Origin: Terriglobales bacterium
Lineage (GTDB): Bacteria > Acidobacteriota > Terriglobia > Terriglobales > Acidobacteriaceae
Length of the DNA stretch: 64,000 bases
Direction: 5' to 3'
NCBI GenBank assembly: GCA_035569025.1
Contig: DATMNN010000098.1
Location: forward strand, 11,644 to 75,643
The position numbers and the translations under genes were made by a program. This document shows positions 1-9,193 of this stretch, piece by piece (positions within the stretch are counted from its first letter, which is position 1; each line of letters starts with the position of its first letter). The notes beneath the pieces were generated by a model. The model was not told the origin of the DNA and searched no databases. It saw only the letters and a program-made list of their open reading frames with translations.

Positions 1-548
1 CCGAAGCCGGCATGGGCGCGAAGGGAATCGTAGCTTCCAGCGCGGCGTTGGCCGTGCTGCTGCAGGAGGGCATCGGAGACACCATCCGCGTTTCGCTTAC
101 TCCCGCGCCCGGCGGAGACCGCACCGAAGAAGTTCGCGTCGGGCAGCAGATCCTTCAGTCACTTGGCATCCGCAGCTTCACACCGCAAGTCACTGCCTGT
201 CCCGGATGCGGACGCACCACCAGCACCTTTTTCCAGGAGATGGCCCAGCAAATCCAGGACTACCTCCGCGACCAGATGCCCATCTGGAAAGACCGCTACG
301 TAGGCGTGGAAGAAATGAAAGTCGCCGTCATGGGCTGCGTAGTAAACGGCCCCGGAGAATCCAAGCACGCCAGCCTCGGTATCTCTCTTCCCGGTACGTT
401 TGAAGAACCAAAAGCTCCCGTCTACGTCGACGGACGCCTCTTCACTACCCTGAAAGGCGACAAGATCGTAGCCGAATTCATCAAGATCCTCGACGACTAC
501 GTCGACTCCCACTACGCTGCGCGAGAAGCCGTCGGCGCGCGGAACTGA
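1..548 (+). CDS. ispG: 4-hydroxy-3-methylbut-2-enyl diphosphate synthase IspG/GcpE, C-terminal part (5' end outside window)
   Basis: ORF 12..548 stays open to the window edge. Motifs TACPGCGRT and [11 protein letters not shown] match the Fe-S cysteine regions typical of GcpE/IspG. Confidence 0.9.
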   Translation, partial: EAGMGAKGIVASSAALAVLLQEGIGDTIRVSLTPAPGGDRTEEVRVGQQILQSLGIRSFTPQVTACPGCGRTTSTFFQEMAQQIQDYLRDQMPIWKDRYVGVEEMKVAVMGCVVNGPGESKHASLGISLPGTFEEPKAPVYVDGRLFTTLKGDKIVAEFIKILDDYVDSHYAAREAVGARN

Positions 549-876
549 GTCGGTTTTCACTTTTGCAGATTGACCAGAGATTCGGGTAATAGGCGGATGT
601 TTGAGAAGAGCACCGCCATCTTTGTCGGCACGCTGGTTGTTCTGCCTTACTACATATTCCAGATCACGCACGGGTACGCTCGCCTCAACCGCTTCCCTCT
701 GGTTGTGGAGTTCACGTCCCTCCCGGATTGCGCCAGCTGCGGCCTGATCCTTGTGCACTACCCTTGATTGAGATTGCACTGGTTTCCGCACTATTCTATG
801 GTGTCCTGCTAGTGGTTCGGGACTGCGAGCCAAAAAAGACTCGCTTCCCTCCTGAACAGGTACGCGCAGAATGCAT

Positions 877-1052
877 GCACTGCCGTGGAAGAGCGGCCCT
901 TCAGGGCCGCGTACGGTCGCGAAATGATTGCGGGCTTCAGCCCCGGTGGCCGCGCTGCAGCGAGTGAAATCGCATTTTCCTAGGGCTTAAAAGCCCCGAG
1001 CAATTTCCGATGCGTACGCGGCCCTGAAGGGCCGCTCTTCCACAGGCAGTGC
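877..1052. repeat. Long inverted repeat: arms 877-915 and 1013-1052 (~38 nt, one indel) around a ~97-nt spacer that itself contains GGGCTTCAGCCCC-type hairpins
   Basis: Left arm is gcactgccgtggaagagcggcccttcagggccgcgtacg. Right arm is cgtacgcggccctgaagggccgctcttccacaggcagtgc. Read directly from the sequence. Confidence 0.8.
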
Positions 1053-1386
1053 AGGCCTGACTGGTAGTCCACGCATGGTTGCGACTACGATTCGCCTTTA
1101 CGATTTAGCAGGTCTGATGTCCCGCGCCCCTTCTTTCTGTCCAAACCGCATTTCTTGACCCGATACCGATCACCGGAAGCCACGGCTTGATCGGAGGCGG
1201 CACTTCCCGCAACAAATGCTGTGCCTCGCGGTACGTCACATATCCGTTGTCCGGAGGATCGGATGAATTGGCCAGACATCGTAGGTTACCTTCGTTACTT
1301 CTCGCTACGGGATTCCTGGTATTGAGACGCCATGTCCTTTTGGGTTCAAATGGCTTCGTTACAGACCCCTCCCTGGAGCATTGTTT

Positions 1387-1608
1387 ATGGAGTCTCAAGG
1401 AGTTTTGCCGGCTAGAATCGAGCTTCTGAGCGCGATCGATCAACAGATTGAAATCCTCATGACTAAGGGATTCGGTGGCTTCACGCCTGAGGAGAGAAGA
1501 GAGTTCAAGAATCGCCAACAACGGATCCACGACTTAGAGCAACAGGTAGCGATCGCCAAAGCCGATCAGATTTACGATGCCGGTGTATTTGCGGGCATTT
1601 ACAAATAA
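1387..1608 (+). CDS. Small hypothetical protein (73 aa, predicted helical/coiled-coil)
   Basis: ATG at 1387 is preceded by GGAG at 1374-1377. The composition is protein-like (…IELLSAIDQQIEILMTKGFGGFTPEERREFKNRQQRIHDLEQQV…). No family recognised. Confidence 0.3.
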   Translation: MESQGVLPARIELLSAIDQQIEILMTKGFGGFTPEERREFKNRQQRIHDLEQQVAIAKADQIYDAGVFAGIYK

Positions 1609-1652
1609 GTGTCCAGGAAATTCGCGGACAACAAGCGGGCAGAAAATCGTCG

Positions 1653-1698
1653 GGCGCCGGGTACCCCACACATCGCGCATTTTGCGATGCGTGGGACC
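1653..1698. repeat. REP-like hairpin, variant of the cccacg…cgtggg family in reverse orientation
   Basis: ccccacacatcgcgcattttgcgatgcgtggg forms a stem-loop flanked by ggcgccgggtac. The architecture matches the copies at 8577 and 9657. Confidence 0.5.
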
Positions 1699-2034
1699 TT
1701 AACCACCCGAATGCGTCGAGATCACAATCAAATTCCATGGTCACGAGTTCGACCATTTCTCCCAAGATTATTGTCCTGACCGGTGAGTACAACTGACGCA
1801 CGCAGCACCCACACATTCGCAAAGAACGCGGATGTGCGGGCACTCGGCGTTCCCATTTTTCCGGCATCGGATAACGACTCAGTTCGCTCCAGTTGTGCTG
1901 GGTCCATACTGCAATGGGAATATGCTCCAGTAGCTCGCCGTCTGCTTCCAAATCAACATTCGATATGACGGCGGGGGCATAATCGGAGCGTGTGGTCCAC
2001 GCTGGAGCGCACACGGAGAACAACGGAGTCCACC

Positions 2035-2694
2035 ATGAAAACACTCCATTCATGTGCCGTCGTCACGGTGCTGCTTATGACTCTGCTTCGTTCTGGGGCC
2101 CTCCTGGCGCAGCAGCAGGATCAACCGAAACCGTTGCGTTTTGATTTCACGCCATTCGCAGGCTATCGCACGATCATGAGCATTCCGATCGAGCCGCATG
2201 TCACTGGGCTTAACCCCAGCATCGTTCTCGACGCGGGTCCAAGTTATGGAGCGTCATTTGGGTACTGGATTCGTGAAGATGACCTGGTAGAACTCCGCTG
2301 GGCAAGACAGAGCTCACATATTCACTCGGACGACGTAGCCCTTCTACCTCCGCGCCAAAGCCTGGTCATTGATCAATTTCACGGAGACTTCAGCCACGAG
2401 TACCTGGTGGAAAATTGGGCGGAATGGGCGAGGCCGTTCGTTATGGGGAGTGTTGGTGCGACACACGCTTCGGGTGTCAACAACCTGAACTTTACCCGCT
2501 TTTCATTCGGGATTGGCGGCGGCATCAGGTTCTACCCGACGCGCCACTTGGGCTTCAAGATTCAAGCGGAATGGTTGCCGGTAGTCATAGACCCTCAAGT
2601 TGCGTTCGTTTGCGGGCCGGGCTGCGTGGTGAGTGTCCGCGCTACTCTGAGTTCCCAGGGAGAAGTGATCTTAGGTCCAGTGCTGCATTTCTAG
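2035..2694 (+). CDS. Outer-membrane beta-barrel protein (OmpW/porin-like), secreted
   Basis: ATG at 2035 follows GGAG. Signal peptide MKTLHSCAVVTVLLMTLLRSGALLAQ is present. The body shows an alternating beta-strand pattern and ends in C-terminal …VLHF. Confidence 0.75.
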   Translation: MKTLHSCAVVTVLLMTLLRSGALLAQQQDQPKPLRFDFTPFAGYRTIMSIPIEPHVTGLNPSIVLDAGPSYGASFGYWIREDDLVELRWARQSSHIHSDDVALLPPRQSLVIDQFHGDFSHEYLVENWAEWARPFVMGSVGATHASGVNNLNFTRFSFGIGGGIRFYPTRHLGFKIQAEWLPVVIDPQVAFVCGPGCVVSVRATLSSQGEVILGPVLHF

Positions 2695-2747
2695 ACGCTG
2701 ACCGAGGATGCGGTTTTTCGTTTCTGGTCATAGACCAGACTGTATTG

Positions 2748-2939
2748 TCAGCTGGCACGCCGGCTTATATGCTCCTGAAAGTGGTTGCGCGCTGCTTCCA
2801 GCCTCTCCATTTCTTCTCTGACTCCCCTGAGCATCTCTACGAGCCCTGCGCGCGCGTCGGGTGGAACTTCTGGTGTATTCAGCCATTTCTCGATCACCTC
2901 CCGCTGCCACTCCAATTCCATGCTTCTCGGCATTGTCAT
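2748..2939 (-). CDS. Small hypothetical protein (63 aa, helical)
   Basis: ORF with charged helical composition (…EVIEKWLNTPEVPPDARAGLVEMLRGVREEMERLEAARNHF…). No family recognised. Confidence 0.3.
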   Translation of the reverse strand: MTMPRSMELEWQREVIEKWLNTPEVPPDARAGLVEMLRGVREEMERLEAARNHFQEHISRRAS

Positions 2940-3049
2940 CTGTCAGATCCCCACTAACACTTGGATTTCTTGCAGACTAAAAGATTCTTGGCGTATCGGA
3001 AACTATTAGAAGTGCTAGGAGGAGAGGGAATTAGTACTGACGGCGATAC

Positions 3050-3075
3050 TGTAAATCGCCTGGTTACGACATTTA
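3050..3075 (+). repeat. Copy A of the tgtaatcgcctgattaca-motif family (degenerate)
   Basis: tgtaaatcgcctggttacgacattt matches the consensus gtgtaatcgcctgattacaacagtt at about 22/25 positions with one inserted base. It lies upstream of the sensor kinase gene. Confidence 0.5.
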
Positions 3076-3216
3076 TCTGAATTTTGGGCTTTGATCCCGC
3101 CTGCATCTGTCTGACTTCAACTCCCGTGACACTGGTATTCGTTACAGTTCCCCCAGCCGGACGTCGGCTGATAGGGTTCGCAGCCAGTCGGAGCTACGGA
3201 CCAGTACGCTCGAAAA

Positions 3217-5313
3217 GTGCTTGACCGCGCCGACATTGTCAGAGACGCGATGTTACGCTATCAATCCACCACATCACCGGCAACTTTTCCCATAACAATC
3301 CGAACGGCGCTAAACTCTAGCGGACAGTTCGGCCCGTGGTGTTGGTTGCGCCGCGCCCCAGGCATGGTCATGACAATCGCCACTAATCGTTTCTCCAACA
3401 GGCAGCTGTATCTTGATTCCCGTTCGACATGGCTCGTGGTGTGCGTGACAACCGGATTGTCGTACCTCGTCCCAAAGCTGATAGGGATGGTGGCTTCGAA
3501 TCCCCAGACAGTATGGCCGCTTTGGCCAGGTTGCGCGATTCTGGTGACAGGGTTGTTGTTGGTCAGGGTCAGTGTCTGGCCACTGCTCATCCCCGCATCC
3601 TTTGTTGGGTTTGCTCTCGCTGACCTGCAAGCAGGCGTGCCGCTGAGTTCGATTGCCTGGTTCATCCCGGGCAATACTGTTGAAGTGCTTATTTCGGCAC
3701 TTGGTGTTAGATATTGCTTCGACGGGGTGCCAAGGCTCAACAGCGTAAGGGCTTTGGCCAGGTATTCGTTCTTTGCCGTTGTCCTTGGGCCGTTCGCAGG
3801 GGCATTCTTGAGCGCGCATGGCATCGCCAGCGACTATTGGATGGGTTGGAAGATTGTTTTTTTGTCTGAGGTGCTTGCCTTCATCACGCTGACCCCGGCC
3901 CTCTTGAGTTGGGTAAGCGAAGGGCGTGTATTGATGCGAAGATCGCGTGCCCTTCACTTCGAGGGAGTGATGCTCATCGCGGGGTTGGTTGTTGTCAGCT
4001 ACATCGTGTTCACGGTCCATGAAGACAGCAGATCGCCTGCACTGTTCTACACGCTGGTGCCATTTCTGCTCTGGTCTGCATTGCGATTCGGATGGTTGGG
4101 GGTTAGCACTTCCCTGATTGCGGTGACCTCTCTCTCGATTTGGGGCGCAGTCCATGGCCGAGGTCCGTTTTCCAACCTGGTACCCCTTACTGACCCTTTA
4201 CCACTGCAGTTGTTCCTGATTTTCGCTTCGATACCTTTTATGGTTCTGGCAGCCCTCGCCGAGGAGCAGGAGCAAGCTGCGCTTGTAGTCCGTGAGAGTG
4301 AAGAGCGCTTCCGGTTGGTTGCCAACACAGCCCCGGTAATGATCTGGACGGCCGGAACCGACCGGCTTTGCACCTACGTCAATCAGCCGTGGCTGCAGTT
4401 CACCGGGCGGCCGCTTGAGGCAGAACTGGGAAACGGCTGGGCGGAAGGAATACACAGTGAAGATCTGAAGCGCTGCCTGGAAACCTATTCACAGGCGTTT
4501 GATCAGCGGCAATCATTTGCGATGGAGTATCGCATCCGGCGTAATGATGGACATTACCGTTGGATCCACGACATCGGTGTACCGAGATTCAACCGAGACG
4601 GCAATTTTGCTGGTTACATCGGATCTTGCCTGGACATCACCGATCGAAAGCTGGCCGAGGAGACTCTGGCCACTGTGGGGCGCAGGTTGATCGAGGCTCA
4701 TGAAGAAGAACGTACATGGATTGCGAGAGAACTACATGATGACATCGGGCAACGAATCGCATTGCTAGCCATCGAATTAGGCTCGGTGGGCGATGTGCAC
4801 CAGGACCTCCAGCATGCACGCCAGCGCGTCTCTGACCTCGGGAAAGACATTCAGGCGCTATCGCATCGTCTGCACTCTTCGAAGCTCGAATACCTTGGCC
4901 TCGTGACTGCGGCCAAGAGCTTCTGCCATGAATTGTCTGAGCAGCGAAATGTCCGAATCGAATTCAAGCATTCGGATATACCGGCGACGATTCCCAAAGA
5001 AATCTCGCTTTGCTTATTTCGGGTTCTTCAGGAAGCGTTGCAGAATGCTGTAAATCACAGCTCTGAGCAGAACTTCGCCGTGGAAGTGCAGGGCACGAAA
5101 GAAGGAATCAGCCTGTCTGTGAGTGACTCAGGAATCGGGTTCAATTGGCAGGATGCAATGAATCGTCGGGGGCTAGGCCTGATCAGTATGCGCGAGAGGC
5201 TTGGTTTGGTAAACGGAGAATTGTCCATCCAATCGGCACCCGGTCATGGGACCGTCGTCCTTGCTCGCATACCACTCGGAGACACAGAGCATTTCATAGA
5301 AATCGCAGGATGA
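3217..5313 (+). CDS. Sensor histidine kinase: MASE1 membrane domain, PAS, HisKA_3 dimerisation/phosphoacceptor, HATPase_c
   Basis: The N-terminal part has multiple TM segments. A PAS-like block follows (ESEERFRLVANTAPVMIWTAGTD…YRWIHDIGVPRFN). The H-box HEEERTWIARELHDDIGQ is NarX/DegS-type, and the C-terminus has the ATPase G-boxes. The start is uncertain (GTG 3217, ATG 3250 or ATG 3364). Confidence 0.9.
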   Translation: MLDRADIVRDAMLRYQSTTSPATFPITIRTALNSSGQFGPWCWLRRAPGMVMTIATNRFSNRQLYLDSRSTWLVVCVTTGLSYLVPKLIGMVASNPQTVWPLWPGCAILVTGLLLVRVSVWPLLIPASFVGFALADLQAGVPLSSIAWFIPGNTVEVLISALGVRYCFDGVPRLNSVRALARYSFFAVVLGPFAGAFLSAHGIASDYWMGWKIVFLSEVLAFITLTPALLSWVSEGRVLMRRSRALHFEGVMLIAGLVVVSYIVFTVHEDSRSPALFYTLVPFLLWSALRFGWLGVSTSLIAVTSLSIWGAVHGRGPFSNLVPLTDPLPLQLFLIFASIPFMVLAALAEEQEQAALVVRESEERFRLVANTAPVMIWTAGTDRLCTYVNQPWLQFTGRPLEAELGNGWAEGIHSEDLKRCLETYSQAFDQRQSFAMEYRIRRNDGHYRWIHDIGVPRFNRDGNFAGYIGSCLDITDRKLAEETLATVGRRLIEAHEEERTWIARELHDDIGQRIALLAIELGSVGDVHQDLQHARQRVSDLGKDIQALSHRLHSSKLEYLGLVTAAKSFCHELSEQRNVRIEFKHSDIPATIPKEISLCLFRVLQEALQNAVNHSSEQNFAVEVQGTKEGISLSVSDSGIGFNWQDAMNRRGLGLISMRERLGLVNGELSIQSAPGHGTVVLARIPLGDTEHFIEIAG

Positions 5314-5373
5314 AACACGTCTAGCAGCCGCCGGGGCCAGCATTCATTCCGTGCCACACATGGTTGGCGAAAA

Positions 5374-5394
5374 CAGGCGATTACACCAACTACC
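5374..5394 (-). repeat. Copy B of the motif family (reverse orientation, left half only)
   Basis: The reverse complement ggtagttggtgtaatcgcctg is 21/21 identical to 21208-21228. It lies 61 nt downstream of the kinase stop codon. Confidence 0.7.
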
Positions 5395-5432
5395 CGTGGG
5401 ATAAACTGGTCGGCATGGCAACCGCCACCAAT

Positions 5433-5450
5433 CTGTCTGCTAGCAGACAG
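5433..5450. promoter_or_regulatory. Perfect 18-bp palindrome ctgtctgctagcagacag (possible operator)
   Basis: The sequence is exactly self-complementary. It lies about 145 nt upstream of the 5595 gene start and has no T-run, so it is not a typical terminator. Confidence 0.3.
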
Positions 5451-5594
5451 GGCGCGAAGGAATGAGGAATTACGCGCTGACAGAGACCTGTCATGTGGGG
5501 ATCAACGATGGACTAAAGGCCGTGTTTCGCTCGGATGAACCGCGCGGAATTGCTCCGCGGAGCGCGGAAGACGGTTCCATTGAGGTGGATGACG

Positions 5595-6380
5595 ATGCGG
5601 CGCGTAGTCTGCGTCATTGCGGTGCTGTGCAGTTGCGTCTTCGCTGTCCCGGCTAGGGCGCAACAACAAAACGAGCCCGAGGATCCAGAAGATGAGAAGC
5701 AGATAGGGCTCTGGCTCGATCAGGGGATTTCCACTGGCCTTTCGGCGAATAAATCTCTGGATGTCGAATTCCACGAGCGGTTCGACGAGGGAGCGTCCAA
5801 CCTGTTCGAGTACTTCGTTCAAGGCGGCCTTGCCTTCCGTCTGCGGCCGTGGTTCACGTTGACACCGATTTATCGTTACCAGCGCTTTCCTGGGAACCCC
5901 ACAATTGCTTACGAAAACCGGGTGCAGCTCAATCTCACCCTGAGTACATCCCGTGGCCCTTGGCGGCCGACAATCCGCACGCTCATCGAGGGACGCTTTG
6001 TTGATAACCGGCCTGCTTCCGCACGTCTTCGATTTCGCCCGGGCGTCGAATACACCTTACCGCTTCGCATGTCGCGGCAGCCGGTGCTGGTCGTGAGCAA
6101 CGAGTTCTTTATCGTTCCCGGAAACAACCCCTTCGCCAATGGCGGCAGCAGCTACACCCAGAACCGCTTCCAGGTGGGAGTACGACTGCCCATCGCCGAC
6201 TCGTTTTCTGTTCGGCCTTACTACTTATTACAATCGGTTAACCTGCCCAGTGGCTGGGACACGAATGAAATTTTTGGTATCTCGCTCGCCTTCAGGATCC
6301 CGCACAAAACCAAGATTGTCCGCTCGCAACAGCCGAGCTGCGTCCTATCTTGCCAAGTTCCGAATCCAGAAGGGCCATAA
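5595..6380 (+). CDS. Secreted outer-membrane beta-barrel-like protein (DUF2490-like by recollection)
   Basis: ATG at 5595 lies 9 nt after GAGG. Signal peptide MRRVVCVIAVLCSCVFAVPARAQ is present. The body has an R/Y-rich alternating strand pattern. The family assignment is unverified. Confidence 0.6.
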   Translation: MRRVVCVIAVLCSCVFAVPARAQQQNEPEDPEDEKQIGLWLDQGISTGLSANKSLDVEFHERFDEGASNLFEYFVQGGLAFRLRPWFTLTPIYRYQRFPGNPTIAYENRVQLNLTLSTSRGPWRPTIRTLIEGRFVDNRPASARLRFRPGVEYTLPLRMSRQPVLVVSNEFFIVPGNNPFANGGSSYTQNRFQVGVRLPIADSFSVRPYYLLQSVNLPSGWDTNEIFGISLAFRIPHKTKIVRSQQPSCVLSCQVPNPEGP

Positions 6381-6491
6381 GCGGAAGTCGTGGGTGTGCC
6401 GACTAACTCAGCAGCGTCACGCTACCAGTGGCAATGTCGTAGTACGCTGCGGCAACTTTCAACCTGGCGGCTGGCCCAGCTAAAGCGGGTG

Positions 6492-6565
6492 CCCTACGTT
6501 TCGTTCTTTGAAACGTGCGGGCTAATACGGGGACGGCTAATACGGGGACAGACGGGACGTTCCCC
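6492..6565. repeat. Composite REP-like element: hairpin, tandem 15-mer x2, and a gggacagacgggacgttcccc unit
   Basis: The hairpin is ccctacgtttcgttctttgaaacgtgcggg (6492-6521). The direct 15-mer repeats are gctaatacggggacg / gctaatacggggaca (6521-6550). The unit ggggacagacgggacgttcccc (6544-6565) recurs at 8074. Confidence 0.75.
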
Positions 6566-6802
6566 AAAATCTAGGTTATCGATAGACTTCTTCAGAAAAC
6601 TTGGAGCGCCGCGCACGGCGGGTGGGCCACCCTACTGCCTACAGTTTTTCCTCTAGACCACGAGACGAAATTTTGTCGTTCAACGCGGTCAAAATGTCCT
6701 GCTTGTTGAGTGCTTCGAGGTCAAGCATCAGCAGAAAAACAAGGGCTTAGGTAAAGTGGCACGGTTCATGCAGTCCACAAGAGTGATCACTGAGAGAGGA
6801 AA

Positions 6803-7252
6803 ATGAAAATTGAAGCCAAATTCGCGATGTTGGCAGCGGCGTGCAACTTGTTTTTTTTGAGTCTGCCCGCATTTGGACGTCCTGCGCAATCACCTCAGGA
6901 TCAGGGGACAACACAGACGCACTCCGCTCAGAAGAGCGAGAAGCAGGAGGCTCAGCCAGGCCCGGGCAAGGAAGTCGGCAAGGGCGGTGAGGACATTGGC
7001 AAAGGCGCTGGCAAGGGGGCGGAGAGTCTGGGCAAAGGTACGGCCGGAGCCGCGGGCAATCTCGTTACGTTGCAGCCTGGGCACGCCGCCGCCGATCTCG
7101 GCAGAGGCGCCGGGGGCGCCGGCAAGGACGTTGGAGTCGGTACCGGAAAAGGCGCCGCTAAAATCGGCAAAGGAAGCGCTAAGGGTATCGGGAAAGTAGG
7201 TAAGAAGATCTTCGGCAGGGGTGGCAAGAAGAACTCCGACACGGAGAATTGA
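6803..7252 (+). CDS. Secreted Gly/Lys-rich low-complexity protein with reiterated GKG motifs
   Basis: RBS GAGAGAGGA precedes the ATG. Signal peptide MKIEAKFAMLAAACNLFFLSLPAFG is present. It is followed by …GKGGEDIGKGAGKGAESLGKG…GKGAAKIGKGSAKGIGKVGKK…. Confidence 0.6.
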   Translation: MKIEAKFAMLAAACNLFFLSLPAFGRPAQSPQDQGTTQTHSAQKSEKQEAQPGPGKEVGKGGEDIGKGAGKGAESLGKGTAGAAGNLVTLQPGHAAADLGRGAGGAGKDVGVGTGKGAAKIGKGSAKGIGKVGKKIFGRGGKKNSDTEN

Positions 7253-7427
7253 CGGCGCACACACCGCACGCCTTTGACGTCAGCGCCAGGGGTGAAATGC
7301 GCAGAATCTCCAGTTTTCAGCGCGCTCTGTCACTCGCACGCTACTGCTCGAGTTGCTCGACTACGCTTTCCAGATCGGGATAGCCGGCGCCGAAGCTTCG
7401 TGTGAACCAGTTGCCGCCGCGGTCATT

Positions 7428-7919
7428 CTACGGAGTACTTGAGACCTTCTTGCTGGCGCGGCGATCCTTTTGTGTCTGGCAGATGGCGGCGTAGCGCTTC
7501 TCAAGTTCGTCGAGTTCCGCGTCGGACAATTTTTCTATATCGATCATCTCGTTGTGGGCTGGAACGTGAGAACGGATCAGCTCGTCCAGTTTCAGGTGCA
7601 GCGCTTTGGCGTCACGATTCTGGGTGTTCTGGATCAGAAACACGACGAGGAAGGTAATGACCGTCGTACCCGTGTTGATGACCAGCTGCCAGGTATCGGA
7701 AAAATGAAACACCGGCCCCGATGCTCCCCATACAACGACGATGACTAGAGCGGCCAGGAAAATGACCGGATGCCCGATCACCTGGGCAGTCCTGCTGGCG
7801 AAGCGGCTGAACACCAGATCGAGAGAATTGGTCTTCTTGATTTGCTCCCGGGCCTGCTTGAATGGAGACTTCACTTCTCGTCCGGGGAATTTAGTCGACG
7901 ATTTGCTTACGTGCGCCAT
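7428..7919 (-). CDS. Low-affinity iron permease family protein (Fet4-like small membrane protein)
   Basis: The block DTWQLVINTGTTVITFLVVFLIQNTQNRDAKALHLKLDELI is the hallmark of this family. Confidence 0.8.
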   Translation of the reverse strand: MAHVSKSSTKFPGREVKSPFKQAREQIKKTNSLDLVFSRFASRTAQVIGHPVIFLAALVIVVVWGASGPVFHFSDTWQLVINTGTTVITFLVVFLIQNTQNRDAKALHLKLDELIRSHVPAHNEMIDIEKLSDAELDELEKRYAAICQTQKDRRASKKVSSTP

Positions 7920-8073
7920 GACACTTAGAGGGCATAAACGTGAGGCTGGTTATCTCCAAAAAGTCTGCAATCAGTGGTGGGCCGAGTTAAGGTGGGTGCC
8001 CGGTGCCCCATTCATTTGCGCACTTTGCGAATGATTGGGAGGTATGTACGGTTGACGGCAGTAGATATAGACC

Positions 8074-8122
8074 GGGGACAGACCGGACGTTTCCCAAGAA
8101 GCGAAGTGAACGTCCCGTCTGT
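8074..8122. repeat. REP-like hairpin (acagaccggacgtt … aacgtcccgtctgt)
   Basis: The two arms are inverted repeats of each other. The left arm is shared with 6544-6565. Confidence 0.7.
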
Positions 8123-8150
8123 GCTCAAGTCCTCCGGCATTAATATCCAG

Positions 8151-8426
8151 TCACTTCCTCCGAACTTCCAGAAAAGCAGGTGGCCGGCGCTGAAAGCCCG
8201 ACTGTTCGCAGCTCAGATCACGAACAAAACGAAGCGTCCCGTCAGCATCCTGAAAGGCCAGGCCAAATTCGCGGGATGCTCCCTTGAATTCTCCCCAGCC
8301 GGAGGGCACGGTTAGAGCGCAGGTTGGTTGGAGAGGGTCCTTCTGCGCGTTTGCCATTGGTTGTTGAGGCGCCAGCGCACCGCTCAGCGCCAGAGCGGCG
8401 ATAGCTACCTTGAGTAAAGAATTCAT
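8151..8426 (-). CDS. Small secreted hypothetical protein (91 aa, two Cys)
   Basis: ATG at 8426 is preceded by AAGGAG. Signal peptide MNSLLKVAIAALALSGALA is present. Confidence 0.5.
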   Translation of the reverse strand: MNSLLKVAIAALALSGALAPQQPMANAQKDPLQPTCALTVPSGWGEFKGASREFGLAFQDADGTLRFVRDLSCEQSGFQRRPPAFLEVRRK

Positions 8427-8576
8427 GCGGCAACTCCTTCTTGAATTGGCAGTCGAATCGGTTGGTCCATTGTTAGAACGGGCAATCCGGACATCCTTGC
8501 AAGGACGACAGCCATTGTAAACAGCGTTTATGGCCACTCGTCGGAGGTGGCGCAGGCGCATGGCCTATGCACGGCG

Positions 8577-8636
8577 GGTCCCGCGTTTCGTTCTTTGAAA
8601 CGTGGGTGCTGACAGCGGAACAAATGCGGTGCGCCT
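8577..8636. repeat. REP-like ~60-nt element (hairpin cccgcgtttcgttctttgaaacgtggg plus conserved tail)
   Basis: Nearly identical over about 60 nt to 9657-9718. Confidence 0.8.
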
Positions 8637-8859
8637 AGCCCCGATGGGCTCTCGCCGAGAACAGAAACAGTCCCGCCATGAAAACCAGCGTGAGGACCTC
8701 GACCAGCAGCGCATAGAGAGTCAGGCGTTTTGCGCGGTCGAAGCGGGCTAGCAGTCGACTGAACGCCAATCCGACTACCACCAGTGGCGAGGCAAATAGG
8801 CGGTCCAGGCAAATCCACCCCAGAAGCATCGTGCTCTGGCCGACGGCGGGGATACTCAA
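8635..8859 (-). CDS. Hydrophobic ORF, possible remnant of a membrane protein
   Basis: The translation has 2-3 TM-like segments. The frame stays open 30 codons further upstream (to 8949) with no ATG/GTG, and the only start is TTG at 8859. The 3' end abuts the repeat. Confidence 0.2.
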   Translation of the reverse strand: MSIPAVGQSTMLLGWICLDRLFASPLVVVGLAFSRLLARFDRAKRLTLYALLVEVLTLVFMAGLFLFSARAHRG

Positions 8860-9007
8860 TAGTCGCAGGCTAAGCGGCGCGGTGAGGCTCAGGCCCAGCA
8901 GAATGCTGCCAAAGCCACGATACAGGCGGCCTGCCGTGCGGGGTGAGGGTTATCAAGGCCGGTTCTAGCCTGTATTCAGTTTAGAGAGTGCATCTCTGCT
9001 GTCGACG

Positions 9008-9040
9008 CCCACGTTTAAAAAAAGAAACGTGGGGCACCCG
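9008..9040. repeat. REP-like hairpin variant (cccacgttt-aaaaaaa-gaaacgtgggg)
   Basis: Same stem sequence as the 6492/8577/9657 family, with a different loop. Confidence 0.5.
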
Positions 9041-9069
9041 CCCTCCAACGAAAAATAGGAAAGTTTGTC

Positions 9070-9087
9070 GTACAGGGTTCCCTGTAC
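9070..9087. promoter_or_regulatory. Palindrome gtacaggg-tt-ccctgtac (possible operator)
   Basis: Perfect 8-bp arms with a 2-nt spacer, about 105 nt upstream of the 9194 start. Confidence 0.3.
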
Positions 9088-9193
9088 CACTTGTGAATCG
9101 CTCGGACAAAAATTACTCAAATCACAGGTAGTTAGATTGCCACCGGATAATGGCCGTGTGATTGCGTCCGTATCAGGTGGACGGTGCCGGTGT

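Noticed and set aside
159-833. 224-aa minus-strand ORF and 65-aa plus ORF 570..767
   Set aside because: The first is mostly antisense to ispG. The remainder and the 570..767 ORF have no supporting features.
1105-1530. 141-aa minus-strand ORF
   Set aside because: It overlaps the more protein-like plus-strand small ORF and has no domain or RBS support. Left uncalled.
1505-2053. 182-aa minus-strand ORF
   Set aside because: It spans a REP-like hairpin, overlaps the start of the beta-barrel gene on the other strand, and shows no recognisable domain. Coding cannot be supported.
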